Positions 49,848 through 58,700 of a DNA stretch of 64,000 nucleotides are shown here, piece by piece. Under the pieces are notes generated by a model that saw nothing but the letters and a program-made list of their open reading frames with translations, did not search any database and was not told the origin of the DNA. The position numbers and the translations under genes were made by a program. Source of the DNA: a virus; IMG/VR virus record IMGVR_UViG_3300037517_002612, positions 5,201-69,200 of that record; one strand, given 5' to 3'. The number at the start of each line of letters is the position of its first letter. The first letter of the stretch is position 1.

Positions 49848-50606
49848 ATGGACGATAAAGGAGCAGTAGCACACAACGGACCCATTTACGACCCGCTATC
49901 ATGGCCTCATAAATGCGCAGAAATCTACGTCAACCCACACGACATAGCCTTAAAAGGAGGTATGAAGATAGGACCCTTAAACGTCCAACCAATATTATTA
50001 TACATCCCAGACACTACCTACTTCCAAGATAGATGGGAAACAGTACAGAAACACCTTCAGGAAAGAGGCATAGAAAACCTCATCCAAGTAGCAGGGATAC
50101 ACGGAACCCGCTTCGGGATTGACGGAACCCACACCTACGACGTAGACAATCCTGGAAGCGGATTTAAAATAGGACCTGGCTACACAGCAGAATTCTTATC
50201 TGTTTACATGATGTACAACATTATGAGTGTACTACCTGCAACCCACTTCTTAAAGTTGGAATGCGACGTAGATATGATACCAGACTTCCTTCACCACCTA
50301 TCACGGGAACTAGAAAACGTTCCAGAAGACTTTGACTTCTTATGGGTAGGATCATGCTGTATGACAGGCAAGACTCATAAGCTAATCAAGGGAAACGTTT
50401 ACCAATTCGATCAATCAACAGGATACCCATTTGGAGGGCATTGTTACATCGTAGCAAAGAAGGCCATTCCTTATATCATCCAAACCCAAAGAGACGCATA
50501 CGCAAGCAGCGACTTAAATTTATGCTTCCATACATTCCCGAACTTGAAATGTTACGGAATATTTCCTAGATTAGCAACTCAAAAAAATACAGACTTACCA
50601 CTATGA
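49848..50606 (+). CDS. GT25-like glycosyltransferase
   Basis: DRW...L...GI, FLS, LKLECDV (ExD variant), FDFLWVG, HCYIV; ATG 49848. Confidence 0.65.
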   Translation: MDDKGAVAHNGPIYDPLSWPHKCAEIYVNPHDIALKGGMKIGPLNVQPILLYIPDTTYFQDRWETVQKHLQERGIENLIQVAGIHGTRFGIDGTHTYDVDNPGSGFKIGPGYTAEFLSVYMMYNIMSVLPATHFLKLECDVDMIPDFLHHLSRELENVPEDFDFLWVGSCCMTGKTHKLIKGNVYQFDQSTGYPFGGHCYIVAKKAIPYIIQTQRDAYASSDLNLCFHTFPNLKCYGIFPRLATQKNTDLPL

Positions 50607-51220
50607 CAATTGAGGAACAATTAAAACTAGACGACGGGCACCGCTTCCAAAAGGCAGTTGGTGAAATAATTAAAGAGAAAGGGTTTTCTACTATAGTTGA
50701 AACAGGTACCGGAGTTTCCAGCGTTTACATCTTAAAAGCTCTCGATGACGCAGGAATAGATGGTAAACTTCACTCAATTGATGTTGGGCAATGGTATCCT
50801 CACAAGATAGAACACCCCAAATTTAATGCGATCGTAAGCAAGAGTATCGAGGCTATGCTTCCATTATACCAATTAGTTGGTCCGTGGGATATGTTTGTAT
50901 GCGACGGAAATCACGAAATCCTTTGTCAGTCTTATGAATATGAACTTTCTTTTAACTTCCTGAAGCCTGGAGGATACTTAATCGTCGATGATCGTACCTG
51001 GAATCAGAACAATGCGTGGCAGGACTTCCTATTAAGACATGGACTAAAAGAAACTATATTAGGAGACGCAGCTTATATTATTAAGCCAGCGCATTTAAGC
51101 TATTGTCCAGCCGCATCAGCAGTAAAGTTGCATGAGGAAATCCTATCAATGGCTAAACTAGCTGAAGACAATTGGATTGCCAAAGGAGGAGTTAAAGCAG
51201 ACGTATTTAAAGATACATAG
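50603..51220 (+). CDS. class I SAM methyltransferase (Methyltransf_24-like)
   Basis: VETGTG.SS, LHSID, DMFVCDGNH, LKPGG.LIVDD. Confidence 0.8.
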   Translation: MTIEEQLKLDDGHRFQKAVGEIIKEKGFSTIVETGTGVSSVYILKALDDAGIDGKLHSIDVGQWYPHKIEHPKFNAIVSKSIEAMLPLYQLVGPWDMFVCDGNHEILCQSYEYELSFNFLKPGGYLIVDDRTWNQNNAWQDFLLRHGLKETILGDAAYIIKPAHLSYCPAASAVKLHEEILSMAKLAEDNWIAKGGVKADVFKDT

Positions 51221-51484
51221 ATGTTCGGATACGAAGGCAAAAAAAGGTTCACACTCAATATACCAGGAATAGGTCTAGTTCGATACGGGACTTGCGAAAG
51301 AGATACAGATGATTGGAGGGACCTATGGTATGACGGGGAAGGTTGGTGGATAAGGCACTGGACTCCTACATACGGGGAAGAGATTAGCAGGGGGAAACTT
51401 CCAGAAGGAACGCAGATAGCTAATGGGTTCTACGACACAGAACACGACGAATTCTTATGGCCTGATGACTTTGTTTTTAAATAG
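51221..51484 (+). CDS. hypothetical protein (Trp/acid-rich)
   Basis: ORF in operon. Confidence 0.55.
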   Translation: MFGYEGKKRFTLNIPGIGLVRYGTCERDTDDWRDLWYDGEGWWIRHWTPTYGEEISRGKLPEGTQIANGFYDTEHDEFLWPDDFVFK

Positions 51485-51512
51485 ACGCAATATTCTACAG
51501 TTAACTACGTTT
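51483..51512. repeat. 30-bp pseudo-palindromic site, copy 3
   Basis: AGACGCAATA-TTCTACAGTT-AACTACGTTT; reverse-complement arms of copies 1 and 2; overlaps a TAG stop. Confidence 0.85.
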
Positions 51513-51519
51513 ACTCAAT

Positions 51520-51762
51520 ATGGAAAAAAGCAATCACACTTACTCTCTCTCCATCTACAATGGTAGAGTAAAAATCTACATAGATGGTATTGTAATGGTA
51601 TCATTTAATCAAATAGATTTTAAGGGATACTACGCATTTAAAGACGATACTAAGCTATATGGATTAGACATCTATCTTATTGGTGGAGTTACTATCGAAA
51701 CCTCTTATAAAACTAAAGAGGTATGGACGCAGGTTTTAAAGCTAATGGATAAAGAATTATGA
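51520..51762 (+). CDS. hypothetical protein
   Basis: ORF in operon. Confidence 0.6.
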   Translation: MEKSNHTYSLSIYNGRVKIYIDGIVMVSFNQIDFKGYYAFKDDTKLYGLDIYLIGGVTIETSYKTKEVWTQVLKLMDKEL

Positions 51763-51998
51763 ATAAAATAATTGATATAAAGACAATCAGTACCTCGAAT
51801 AATGATACTGATAAAAGCTCTAATTGCTATAAATTTTCTTTTAATGCACAAGTAGAACGGCTATTAGAGGATGGATATGTGCCTTATGACCAGCTTCAAG
51901 TATCTTTTTCTAGCGCAACAAAATCTGTTACAGGAGGAGAGAACTCTGGGCATAGATACCTTACTCAGCAATTTGTAAAATATGAAGATGAATTTTAA
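51759..51998 (+). CDS. small protein (DUF1737-like)
   Basis: FNAQVERLLEDGY.P...YLTQQFVKYE. Confidence 0.5.
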   Translation: MNKIIDIKTISTSNNDTDKSSNCYKFSFNAQVERLLEDGYVPYDQLQVSFSSATKSVTGGENSGHRYLTQQFVKYEDEF

Positions 51999-52014
51999 AC
52001 ACAGTTAACTACGT

Positions 52015-53676
52015 ATGTTTAAAAAATACCGCATAATATCCGAAGGGCAACTACCAAACTCCCAACATGGCATCTTTAACCCTGGAGCAGTACAATGCCC
52101 TCTAATTAAAAGCGATCGCAACATCCTTTTAAGACAGGATACCACTCGCGGATATAGTAATGACTGTAACACCGTACTCGTAGTAGACAAAATAGAAAAG
52201 CTAAAACACGGGGAAGTAGACAACTACTACTACCTCACAAAAGAAGGCTTCCCAGAAGGCAAAATAGAGGATTTCAGACTCTTCCACTTCCGAGGAGAAT
52301 TATATGCTATCCACACATTAGTAGTTACAAAAGACCTATTAATGAATGCCGAGGTAATCAAGCCTGTTATATCCAAGGTTACACGTTCAACCATCACAAT
52401 GGTAGACTACGTAGAACTACCAGGTATCACAAAGAAACAATGGGAGAAGAACTGGATGCCAATAGTCTGGAAGGACAATCTATACATAATCTACGGAATA
52501 GATCCCTTAATCATTTATAAGCTACAGGGTTGGTCATGGATGCAAGTAATGGAAGTAGACACCGGACTCATAGCACAAGTCAAACAATGGCACCCAAAAG
52601 CTTCATTCTTATCATTATCAGCGACGCATTTATTTGAAGGAAACCAAGTACTCGGCTTCTGGCACATAAGAGAAAACGATATTTATTATCAGGGAATGTT
52701 TGCCTTAGACATGGAAACCCTGAAAATAACCCACTTTACCCCTCCTGTTATCGACGGCACCGATGCAGAGGGGTATAAAGCAGGGTGCCTATACGTTAAC
52801 GACTTAGTGGTAACAGAGAACAACGTAGAAGTTTGGTGCGGAGAAGGAGACTCCCATACAACAATGTTGGAAGCCCCAAAAAACTACGTCGCCCAAAAGC
52901 TATCCGAACACCCATATAACTACACAGCCCCATTAAAGATTAAACTACTTGACAACGGAGTAGGAGACTTCATTTGCGCCATGTATGCAATAAACGGATG
53001 GCTCAGAGATAACCCTACCAGAAAGATAAAACTATACCTATTAGCTAACCGACAAATAGCCACCATCCTAAACATCCCAAGAGTGGAGATATGGAATTGG
53101 TCCGGACAAAGGGTAGACCTCGATCTATCCTCCAACCAAGACAATATCCCATTCAGAGATAGAAAAATCTACCATGAAAAGGTGAAAGGATCATTCAAGG
53201 AGTGGTATAGTAAAGCACTCGGCACAACACCGGAGGATATAAAAGTAGACCACATAGAGCCATTAAAAGGCTATGAAGATGCTATAGTATTATTCCCATT
53301 CGCAGCGCATCCAGAAAGATGCTGGCCTAAAGAGAGATGGATAGAATTGGCGACGCAGTTAATTGCGTCTAATCACAGAGTCATAATATCAGATCCCTTC
53401 CCCGAAAGATGTAAGGACTTCCCAGGAGAACACTTATTAGGAACCTCCATGAGAGAAGTATTAGGATTAATTAAAACAGCTAAATTAACAGTTTCAAACG
53501 AGTCAGGAGCAGCCCATATGGGAGGACTCTTTGAAAGCAAGACTTTAGTATTAAGTGGTTGGCTTGATCCGGCCAAGATTAATGATCGAACAAACAACGA
53601 CTACATATTCAAACCTTCACTTAAACTAATTGAAGTTGAAGAAGTTTACAATAAAATTATTGGTTTAATAAAATAA
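52015..53676 (+). CDS. GH130-like beta-propeller + GT9-like glycosyltransferase fusion
   Basis: FNPG, EDFRL, WEKNWMP in the N-terminal part; GVGDFI, FPFAA..ERCWP.ERW, VSNESG.AH in the C-terminal part. Confidence 0.75.
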   Translation: MFKKYRIISEGQLPNSQHGIFNPGAVQCPLIKSDRNILLRQDTTRGYSNDCNTVLVVDKIEKLKHGEVDNYYYLTKEGFPEGKIEDFRLFHFRGELYAIHTLVVTKDLLMNAEVIKPVISKVTRSTITMVDYVELPGITKKQWEKNWMPIVWKDNLYIIYGIDPLIIYKLQGWSWMQVMEVDTGLIAQVKQWHPKASFLSLSATHLFEGNQVLGFWHIRENDIYYQGMFALDMETLKITHFTPPVIDGTDAEGYKAGCLYVNDLVVTENNVEVWCGEGDSHTTMLEAPKNYVAQKLSEHPYNYTAPLKIKLLDNGVGDFICAMYAINGWLRDNPTRKIKLYLLANRQIATILNIPRVEIWNWSGQRVDLDLSSNQDNIPFRDRKIYHEKVKGSFKEWYSKALGTTPEDIKVDHIEPLKGYEDAIVLFPFAAHPERCWPKERWIELATQLIASNHRVIISDPFPERCKDFPGEHLLGTSMREVLGLIKTAKLTVSNESGAAHMGGLFESKTLVLSGWLDPAKINDRTNNDYIFKPSLKLIEVEEVYNKIIGLIK

Positions 53677-53718
53677 AACTATATTTGTACAACTGTAGTC
53701 TTTTTAGCTTTTTTTACT

Positions 53719-53754
53719 TCCCCGTACAATAATATGTACGGGGATTCGTTTTTT
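53719..53754 (+). terminator. hairpin/terminator just downstream of a promoter box (53680-87)
   Basis: TCCCCGTACA/TGTACGGGGA + T-run. Confidence 0.6.
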
Positions 53755-53790
53755 ATAATGGATTGAATTATAACTTTAAATTTAAAAATA

Positions 53791-54057
53791 ATGGAAGAAA
53801 TAAATAACTTAATTGCCAAGTATAAGAATAAGATTGAATTTGCAAAAATGATTCAGGGGGGCGCAGGCTCAAATCCTGACTTGGATAGAATAATAATGTC
53901 GCAATTAAATGATATGGTTGCATATTTAAAATCTTTAAATGAAACTATCGAACACAAGTCTTGGGAATTTTGTGATAACTGCCCACATCAACACTCATGC
54001 TCACATAATGGAGCTTGTTCACGTAATAAAGTACAGAATATCCCATCAATAAAATAG
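53791..54057 (+). CDS. hypothetical protein with Cys cluster
   Basis: CDNCPHQHSC....C. Confidence 0.55.
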   Translation: MEEINNLIAKYKNKIEFAKMIQGGAGSNPDLDRIIMSQLNDMVAYLKSLNETIEHKSWEFCDNCPHQHSCSHNGACSRNKVQNIPSIK

Positions 54058-54149
54058 TTTTTTTATATCAAAAATATTGTTATTTTTACCACGCAATCAA
54101 CTACGTTCACCCCTAAAAAATACTCAAAATAACCACAAATAATACTACT

Positions 54150-54362
54150 TTGGAAGCAATAAGTGATAGAATATTGATAAAAGCAGATGAAGGTAACGAT
54201 TATACCCCTCCAGACTTCCTTCCTACTACCGGAACAGTAGAAAGTTCTAACACCAATGTAGTAAAGCAAGGTGATAAAGTAGTCTTCCAAAAAGGAAACC
54301 ACCCAACCCACGAAGGACTTATTATAATCAGAGAAGAACAACTATACGCAAAAATACTATGA
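54150..54362 (+). CDS. minimal GroES-like protein
   Basis: AISDRILIK...TGTV...VKQGDKVVF...IIREEQLYAK; TTG start. Confidence 0.6.
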   Translation: MEAISDRILIKADEGNDYTPPDFLPTTGTVESSNTNVVKQGDKVVFQKGNHPTHEGLIIIREEQLYAKIL

Positions 54363-54997
54363 GCCAATTTGACGAAACCTACAAAGACAAGACAATCAAA
54401 GGAAGCACCTTCCCAGGAAAGCCTTATGACTTCAATCAGAAGATCATCTTAAACCCTGCTATAATCAAGGAATACTTGCCTGCATTTGACAGAGCCATCC
54501 CGAACTCAACTAAGGGATTAAAGCTATTATTAACCATCATGGCATTTAAAGAGGGATTCTACCCTAAAAGGAATAGTGCTAAAGTAGTAGTAGGTACCAG
54601 ATCATACGTCAACAACAACCCTGGGAACATCGGTAATGACGACGCAGGGAACAACGTTAAATATCCAACCCTTGAAGATGGCATAAGGAAGCAGCAGTCA
54701 TTTGTCCACGATATAATCAACGGCAAGAGAAAAGCGTTTCCAATGGGTAAACTAAAGGTTATTAAGCCTTTTTACTCAGAAGAGATAGCAAAGAACTCTA
54801 AACTATACGGCATGTCACCGTGGCTTCCAGGCTATGAGTTTACCTTCACAGGCCAGTTAGATCAGTTTGTAAAGATTTATTCAACAGGAGCCAGAGGAGG
54901 TAACTCATACTTAAACACCATAGTTTCCTACTTCAGGTCCAACGGCATCATCATCACACCAGAAAGTAAACTTCAAGATATTATAAAGGCTGAATGA
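54359..54997 (+). CDS. lysozyme-like endolysin / peptidoglycan hydrolase
   Basis: KEGFY...TRSY.NNNPGNIG...YPTLEDGI. Confidence 0.6.
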   Translation: MSQFDETYKDKTIKGSTFPGKPYDFNQKIILNPAIIKEYLPAFDRAIPNSTKGLKLLLTIMAFKEGFYPKRNSAKVVVGTRSYVNNNPGNIGNDDAGNNVKYPTLEDGIRKQQSFVHDIINGKRKAFPMGKLKVIKPFYSEEIAKNSKLYGMSPWLPGYEFTFTGQLDQFVKIYSTGARGGNSYLNTIVSYFRSNGIIITPESKLQDIIKAE

Positions 54998-55593
54998 AAC
55001 CAATTCACCTACATAACGGCAACCCTGTAACAAGGAACCACACTTCAACACGATTATATGCGTTGTCAGAAAGTGGTATGCCCAAAGGTAATGGATTACC
55101 AAAAGACCTTTTAGAGATTGCTAAGTACCTTAATCCTGCAATATCAGCACGATACGGCCATACGTTCAACAACTCTATCACCTACGTATATGACTTCTGT
55201 TATTTAGCAGGAGCCTACCTACCTAGAGTTTGGTGGAGAAACGTACTTGAACCGGATCCGCAAAGAATTATTGATATGAACGTCCAAACCGTTTATGATT
55301 GGCTTATTGACTTCGGCCATGACTTCGGTTGGAGGGAAGTATCCGACACAAGGCACGCACAGGAATTAGCTGAAATAGGGCACGTTGTGGTGATAATTGC
55401 GTTGCCAAAAAAACCATCTTTCACTGGAGGTTTATCAGTAGTACTTCCAGAGGATAAAGCAATGTTTAATCCTCCAGCTAAAGACACATCTATCCCTCAC
55501 CAAACATCATCAGGTAAACTTTACTTCAGAACTGATTGGTATAAGGGTAAAAGAAATAAGGAGTTTAAACTCTACGTAAACTACATGAAGTAA
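54994..55593 (+). CDS. CHAP/NlpC-like amidase homolog, catalytic residues apparently lost
   Basis: ARY..TF(N)N...YDFC.LAGAYLPRVWW, DWL.DFG..FGWR, AQ.LA..G; the expected Cys and His are replaced. Confidence 0.5.
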   Translation: MKPIHLHNGNPVTRNHTSTRLYALSESGMPKGNGLPKDLLEIAKYLNPAISARYGHTFNNSITYVYDFCYLAGAYLPRVWWRNVLEPDPQRIIDMNVQTVYDWLIDFGHDFGWREVSDTRHAQELAEIGHVVVIIALPKKPSFTGGLSVVLPEDKAMFNPPAKDTSIPHQTSSGKLYFRTDWYKGKRNKEFKLYVNYMK

Positions 55594-56033
55594 TGGGATT
55601 TTCACTCGAAGACTATAAGAAATTACAAGCCGCAGTTGACAGGGGTAAAACTAAAGGACAGCCGATCCCAGAGAAAACTACGTCTACTAAAACATGGTCC
55701 AAAGAAACAAGAGCCAAAGGAACCAAGCAAAAGGCTGAGATGGAATGGGTAATTAAAGCCATGTTTCCAGAATACGTAAAAGAATTCAAGTTCTCGGACA
55801 GGAAGTTCAGATTTGACTTCTACATACCATGGTTAAAGACCGGCATTGAATACGAAGGTATTATGGTAAAGTCAGAAGAGAAGTCTGGACATACCTCAAT
55901 GGCAGGATATTCTTCTAATTGTGAAAAATACAACCTTGCTCAAATACTAGGATACAGAGTATTGCGTTACACAGCATTAAACCATAAGACTCTCGGAACT
56001 GATTTACAAACCCTTTTAGATAACCATAAATGA
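55593..56033 (+). CDS. PD-(D/E)xK endonuclease (DUF559/Vsr-like)
   Basis: EFKFS.RKFRFDF...IEYEG...GH...GY..NCEKYN.A..LGYRVLRYT. Confidence 0.75.
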   Translation: MGFSLEDYKKLQAAVDRGKTKGQPIPEKTTSTKTWSKETRAKGTKQKAEMEWVIKAMFPEYVKEFKFSDRKFRFDFYIPWLKTGIEYEGIMVKSEEKSGHTSMAGYSSNCEKYNLAQILGYRVLRYTALNHKTLGTDLQTLLDNHK

Positions 56034-56227
56034 CAGTACTTACACTAGCCCTCATAAACGCTGAATTAAAGCGAAGAGGAATAACCAACAAGGATATTGC
56101 TGATAGGCTATGCAAGTCTCCAGGAACCATCACGAATTGGCTATCTAAAGGCAATATAACAATCAAACAGTTAGACGAGCTTATGATCGCATACGGAATA
56201 CAAATTGAAAGAATTGTGTTTAAATGA
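56030..56227 (+). CDS. XRE/Cro-like HTH regulator
   Basis: LKRRGITNKDIADRL.KS..TITNWL. Confidence 0.8.
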   Translation: MTVLTLALINAELKRRGITNKDIADRLCKSPGTITNWLSKGNITIKQLDELMIAYGIQIERIVFK

Positions 56228-56631
56228 TCGTACAGAACTACTTCGTAATAGCTCAGTTAGTAGATGAATACCTTAAAGGAGGTGGAACCATAAGCCGATT
56301 AACCCACATCCTTGGAGTGAAGAACGATAAATACACCCTTGAAAGAATTGAAAAGCAGGATTGGACCAAAAAACACGTAAAGAAAATGACTAAAGCCGGA
56401 ATCATATCTCCCAAAAAGCGCAGGGGAAGAAGAAAACTCATCAAAGACGCAGAGGCTATCTCCGAAGAAGTCATCAAGTGGTTGGATGAATTGGGGGATC
56501 CTGTTAAGTTCTGCAGGTGCATTGGTATTAGAAGCCCAAAGACACTAAAATCGCGTCTCATATCCCACACATGGACTGAACAAGAAAAAAGTATATTAAT
56601 CTCAAAACGAATATTAGATGATAGTTTTTAA
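56224..56631 (+). CDS. basic protein with two tandem HTH-like repeats
   Basis: Internal duplication: LG(V/I)...TL..R...(D/T)WT...GII/RIL. Confidence 0.5.
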   Translation: MIVQNYFVIAQLVDEYLKGGGTISRLTHILGVKNDKYTLERIEKQDWTKKHVKKMTKAGIISPKKRRGRRKLIKDAEAISEEVIKWLDELGDPVKFCRCIGIRSPKTLKSRLISHTWTEQEKSILISKRILDDSF

Positions 56632-56956
56632 CCCTAGCAACCTAAACCTCACCCCAAACGAGGAGAGTAAATTTATAGAGATGAGAACCATCTTTGGTAA
56701 AGTCATATACCGAATAGAACGTGACAAGAATAACCTTAATATGGAACGACAAGAGGACAGAGTAGGTTACCGCTTCCAAGGTCATTATGACTACCTAAAA
56801 ATCCACCGTAACACGGATATACTCAGCGAAACCTTTAAAGTAGAATTAGTATGCCCAAACTGTAAAGACAAGGCTTATAACCTTACTGGAAAACTACCAT
56901 TTGTATTCATTCTTAAAACCGATTTTGATGTTACAAAAGATACCAGTAAAGGTTAA
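56618..56956 (+). CDS. hypothetical protein (CPNC)
   Basis: ORF in operon. Confidence 0.55.
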   Translation: MIVFNPSNLNLTPNEESKFIEMRTIFGKVIYRIERDKNNLNMERQEDRVGYRFQGHYDYLKIHRNTDILSETFKVELVCPNCKDKAYNLTGKLPFVFILKTDFDVTKDTSKG

Positions 56957-57977
56957 TACACCAGAATGGTTGGAGTTGCGACGCAGTTATATAGGCTGTA
57001 GCGATATCCCCATCCTTACAGGGTCAAATAGAAATTATGGATCCCCACTCGATATTTTCTATGACAAAATAGGACTTGAAATAAAGAAGTTTAAGATGTC
57101 AGAGAGACCTTTAATGGGACACATCCAGGAACCTACCATACTTAACCTATGGAGGTATTCAGACGGCAAAGAATGGGTAGATAACTACACCAACGGCAGA
57201 GTTCTACGTGAGTTTAAACAAAACACCGGCTATATTGTAGTTAACCCAGAGATACCATTTATGTCAGATACCCCCGACGGTACCATAGAGAAAGGTACCT
57301 TAAACCTATTCGGGGAAAAGTTAGATAAAGACGCACCACTACAAGCAAAGAATATTGACTCCCTTAAATGGGCTTCTTCCGACGGTTGGATCCCAGAACA
57401 TAAAGAACAGGTTACAGGTGAGATGTTAGTATTCGGAACGCAATATTCTGAAACAGTATCTTTAATCGGAGGTAACCAACTCGTAGTAGCACAGGTAGAA
57501 TATAACGAAGACGTTGCAGCCGCCATATATAATATCTGTAAAAACTTCTGGATTAACTGCGTTCAACCAGCCAAACCACTTGCTAAACAATTTCTATTAG
57601 CTTACTCTAAAGCAGAGAAAGAAGCTATTATGAAAGATATCATGGCACTAGAACCTCTACCGGACGACAGTGACGCTTACAGGGACTTTTTATCAACAAG
57701 ATTCAAAAATCAAGATAACCCAGAGAAAAAAGTAAAAGCTTCCCCTGATATGGAGGTCCTTATGAACTATTATCAGTTTTATAATGATATTGGAAAAGAA
57801 GTAGATTTAATAAAGCGTAAAATAAAAAACACTTTATTGCGTTATCACGAACACAACGCAGTTACACTCATACAAGGGGAAGGATGTAAAAGCACAATGA
57901 ATAAAAATCACCTTGTAAAAGGCAGGGAGATTTCAACAAAACATATTAAAGATCAATTAAACAAACTAAAACCGTAA
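56901..57977 (+). CDS. YqaJ/lambda-exonuclease family recombination nuclease
   Basis: EWLELRRSYIGCSD, GH..E, TPDG; QAKN in place of ExK; true start may be ATG 56928. Confidence 0.8.
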   Translation: MYSFLKPILMLQKIPVKVNTPEWLELRRSYIGCSDIPILTGSNRNYGSPLDIFYDKIGLEIKKFKMSERPLMGHIQEPTILNLWRYSDGKEWVDNYTNGRVLREFKQNTGYIVVNPEIPFMSDTPDGTIEKGTLNLFGEKLDKDAPLQAKNIDSLKWASSDGWIPEHKEQVTGEMLVFGTQYSETVSLIGGNQLVVAQVEYNEDVAAAIYNICKNFWINCVQPAKPLAKQFLLAYSKAEKEAIMKDIMALEPLPDDSDAYRDFLSTRFKNQDNPEKKVKASPDMEVLMNYYQFYNDIGKEVDLIKRKIKNTLLRYHEHNAVTLIQGEGCKSTMNKNHLVKGREISTKHIKDQLNKLKP

Positions 57978-57979
57978 AA

Positions 57980-58678
57980 ATGGCACAAGGAACATCAGAA
58001 CAAGGAGGTACGTTTTTCTACGTCAAACCAAAACATCTTAAACCAGGAGAGAACGAATACCCCTGCATGGAGCTTATCCAAAAAAAAGGAGAGAACTATG
58101 AAGTAGTAAATACAGTAAACTTCTTAACCGGACACATCACCGAAATATCTAAGGTGGATAAAATGATAGAGAAGTACGGAAGATTCAGAGGAGTTAAGTT
58201 TACTCTTTCCGACCTTGAGTTAAATGAAAAATACGTATTTGATCTACCATATAGCGGCCCATCCAGAGAAATGCTTAACCGATTAGCCACCTTATCCTCA
58301 TTCAAGGACATGCTTAAAATATCTTTTTATCGTGGTGATAAAGGGTACGCTGGAACTTCAGTTAAAGTATTTACATCCAGTGGTGAGCAGAAACTTGAAA
58401 TTAAGTACGGGTACAAAGAGCATATAGAGCCACGTATGAAAAAAGTAATGTTTCAGGGAAAAGAACTTAACGACTACACTAAAGTAGACGATATGTTTGA
58501 CGCTTTAATTGACACAGTTCTTTCTAAATTCGAAGTAGCTACGTCAAAACAACCATCAAACACACCTGCAGGAACAGTGTATAAAGACCTTAATGTTATC
58601 GAGCCAGAAGCAGATAACTACGTACAACCATCATTCTCCCCTACTGTAGATGATAACGACTTAGGATTGCCATTTTAA
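57980..58678 (+). CDS. putative single-stranded DNA-binding protein
   Basis: Beta-rich core, acidic C-tail DDNDLGLPF; lies between YqaJ and ERF. Confidence 0.6.
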   Translation: MAQGTSEQGGTFFYVKPKHLKPGENEYPCMELIQKKGENYEVVNTVNFLTGHITEISKVDKMIEKYGRFRGVKFTLSDLELNEKYVFDLPYSGPSREMLNRLATLSSFKDMLKISFYRGDKGYAGTSVKVFTSSGEQKLEIKYGYKEHIEPRMKKVMFQGKELNDYTKVDDMFDALIDTVLSKFEVATSKQPSNTPAGTVYKDLNVIEPEADNYVQPSFSPTVDDNDLGLPF

Positions 58679-58700
58679 TAACTAATTGATAATAAAGTAT

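Noticed and set aside
37158-53879. GGCTCAAATCC T-loop-like strings near 37158 and 53866 as tRNAs
   Set aside because: Both lie inside coding regions and no cloverleaf can be built
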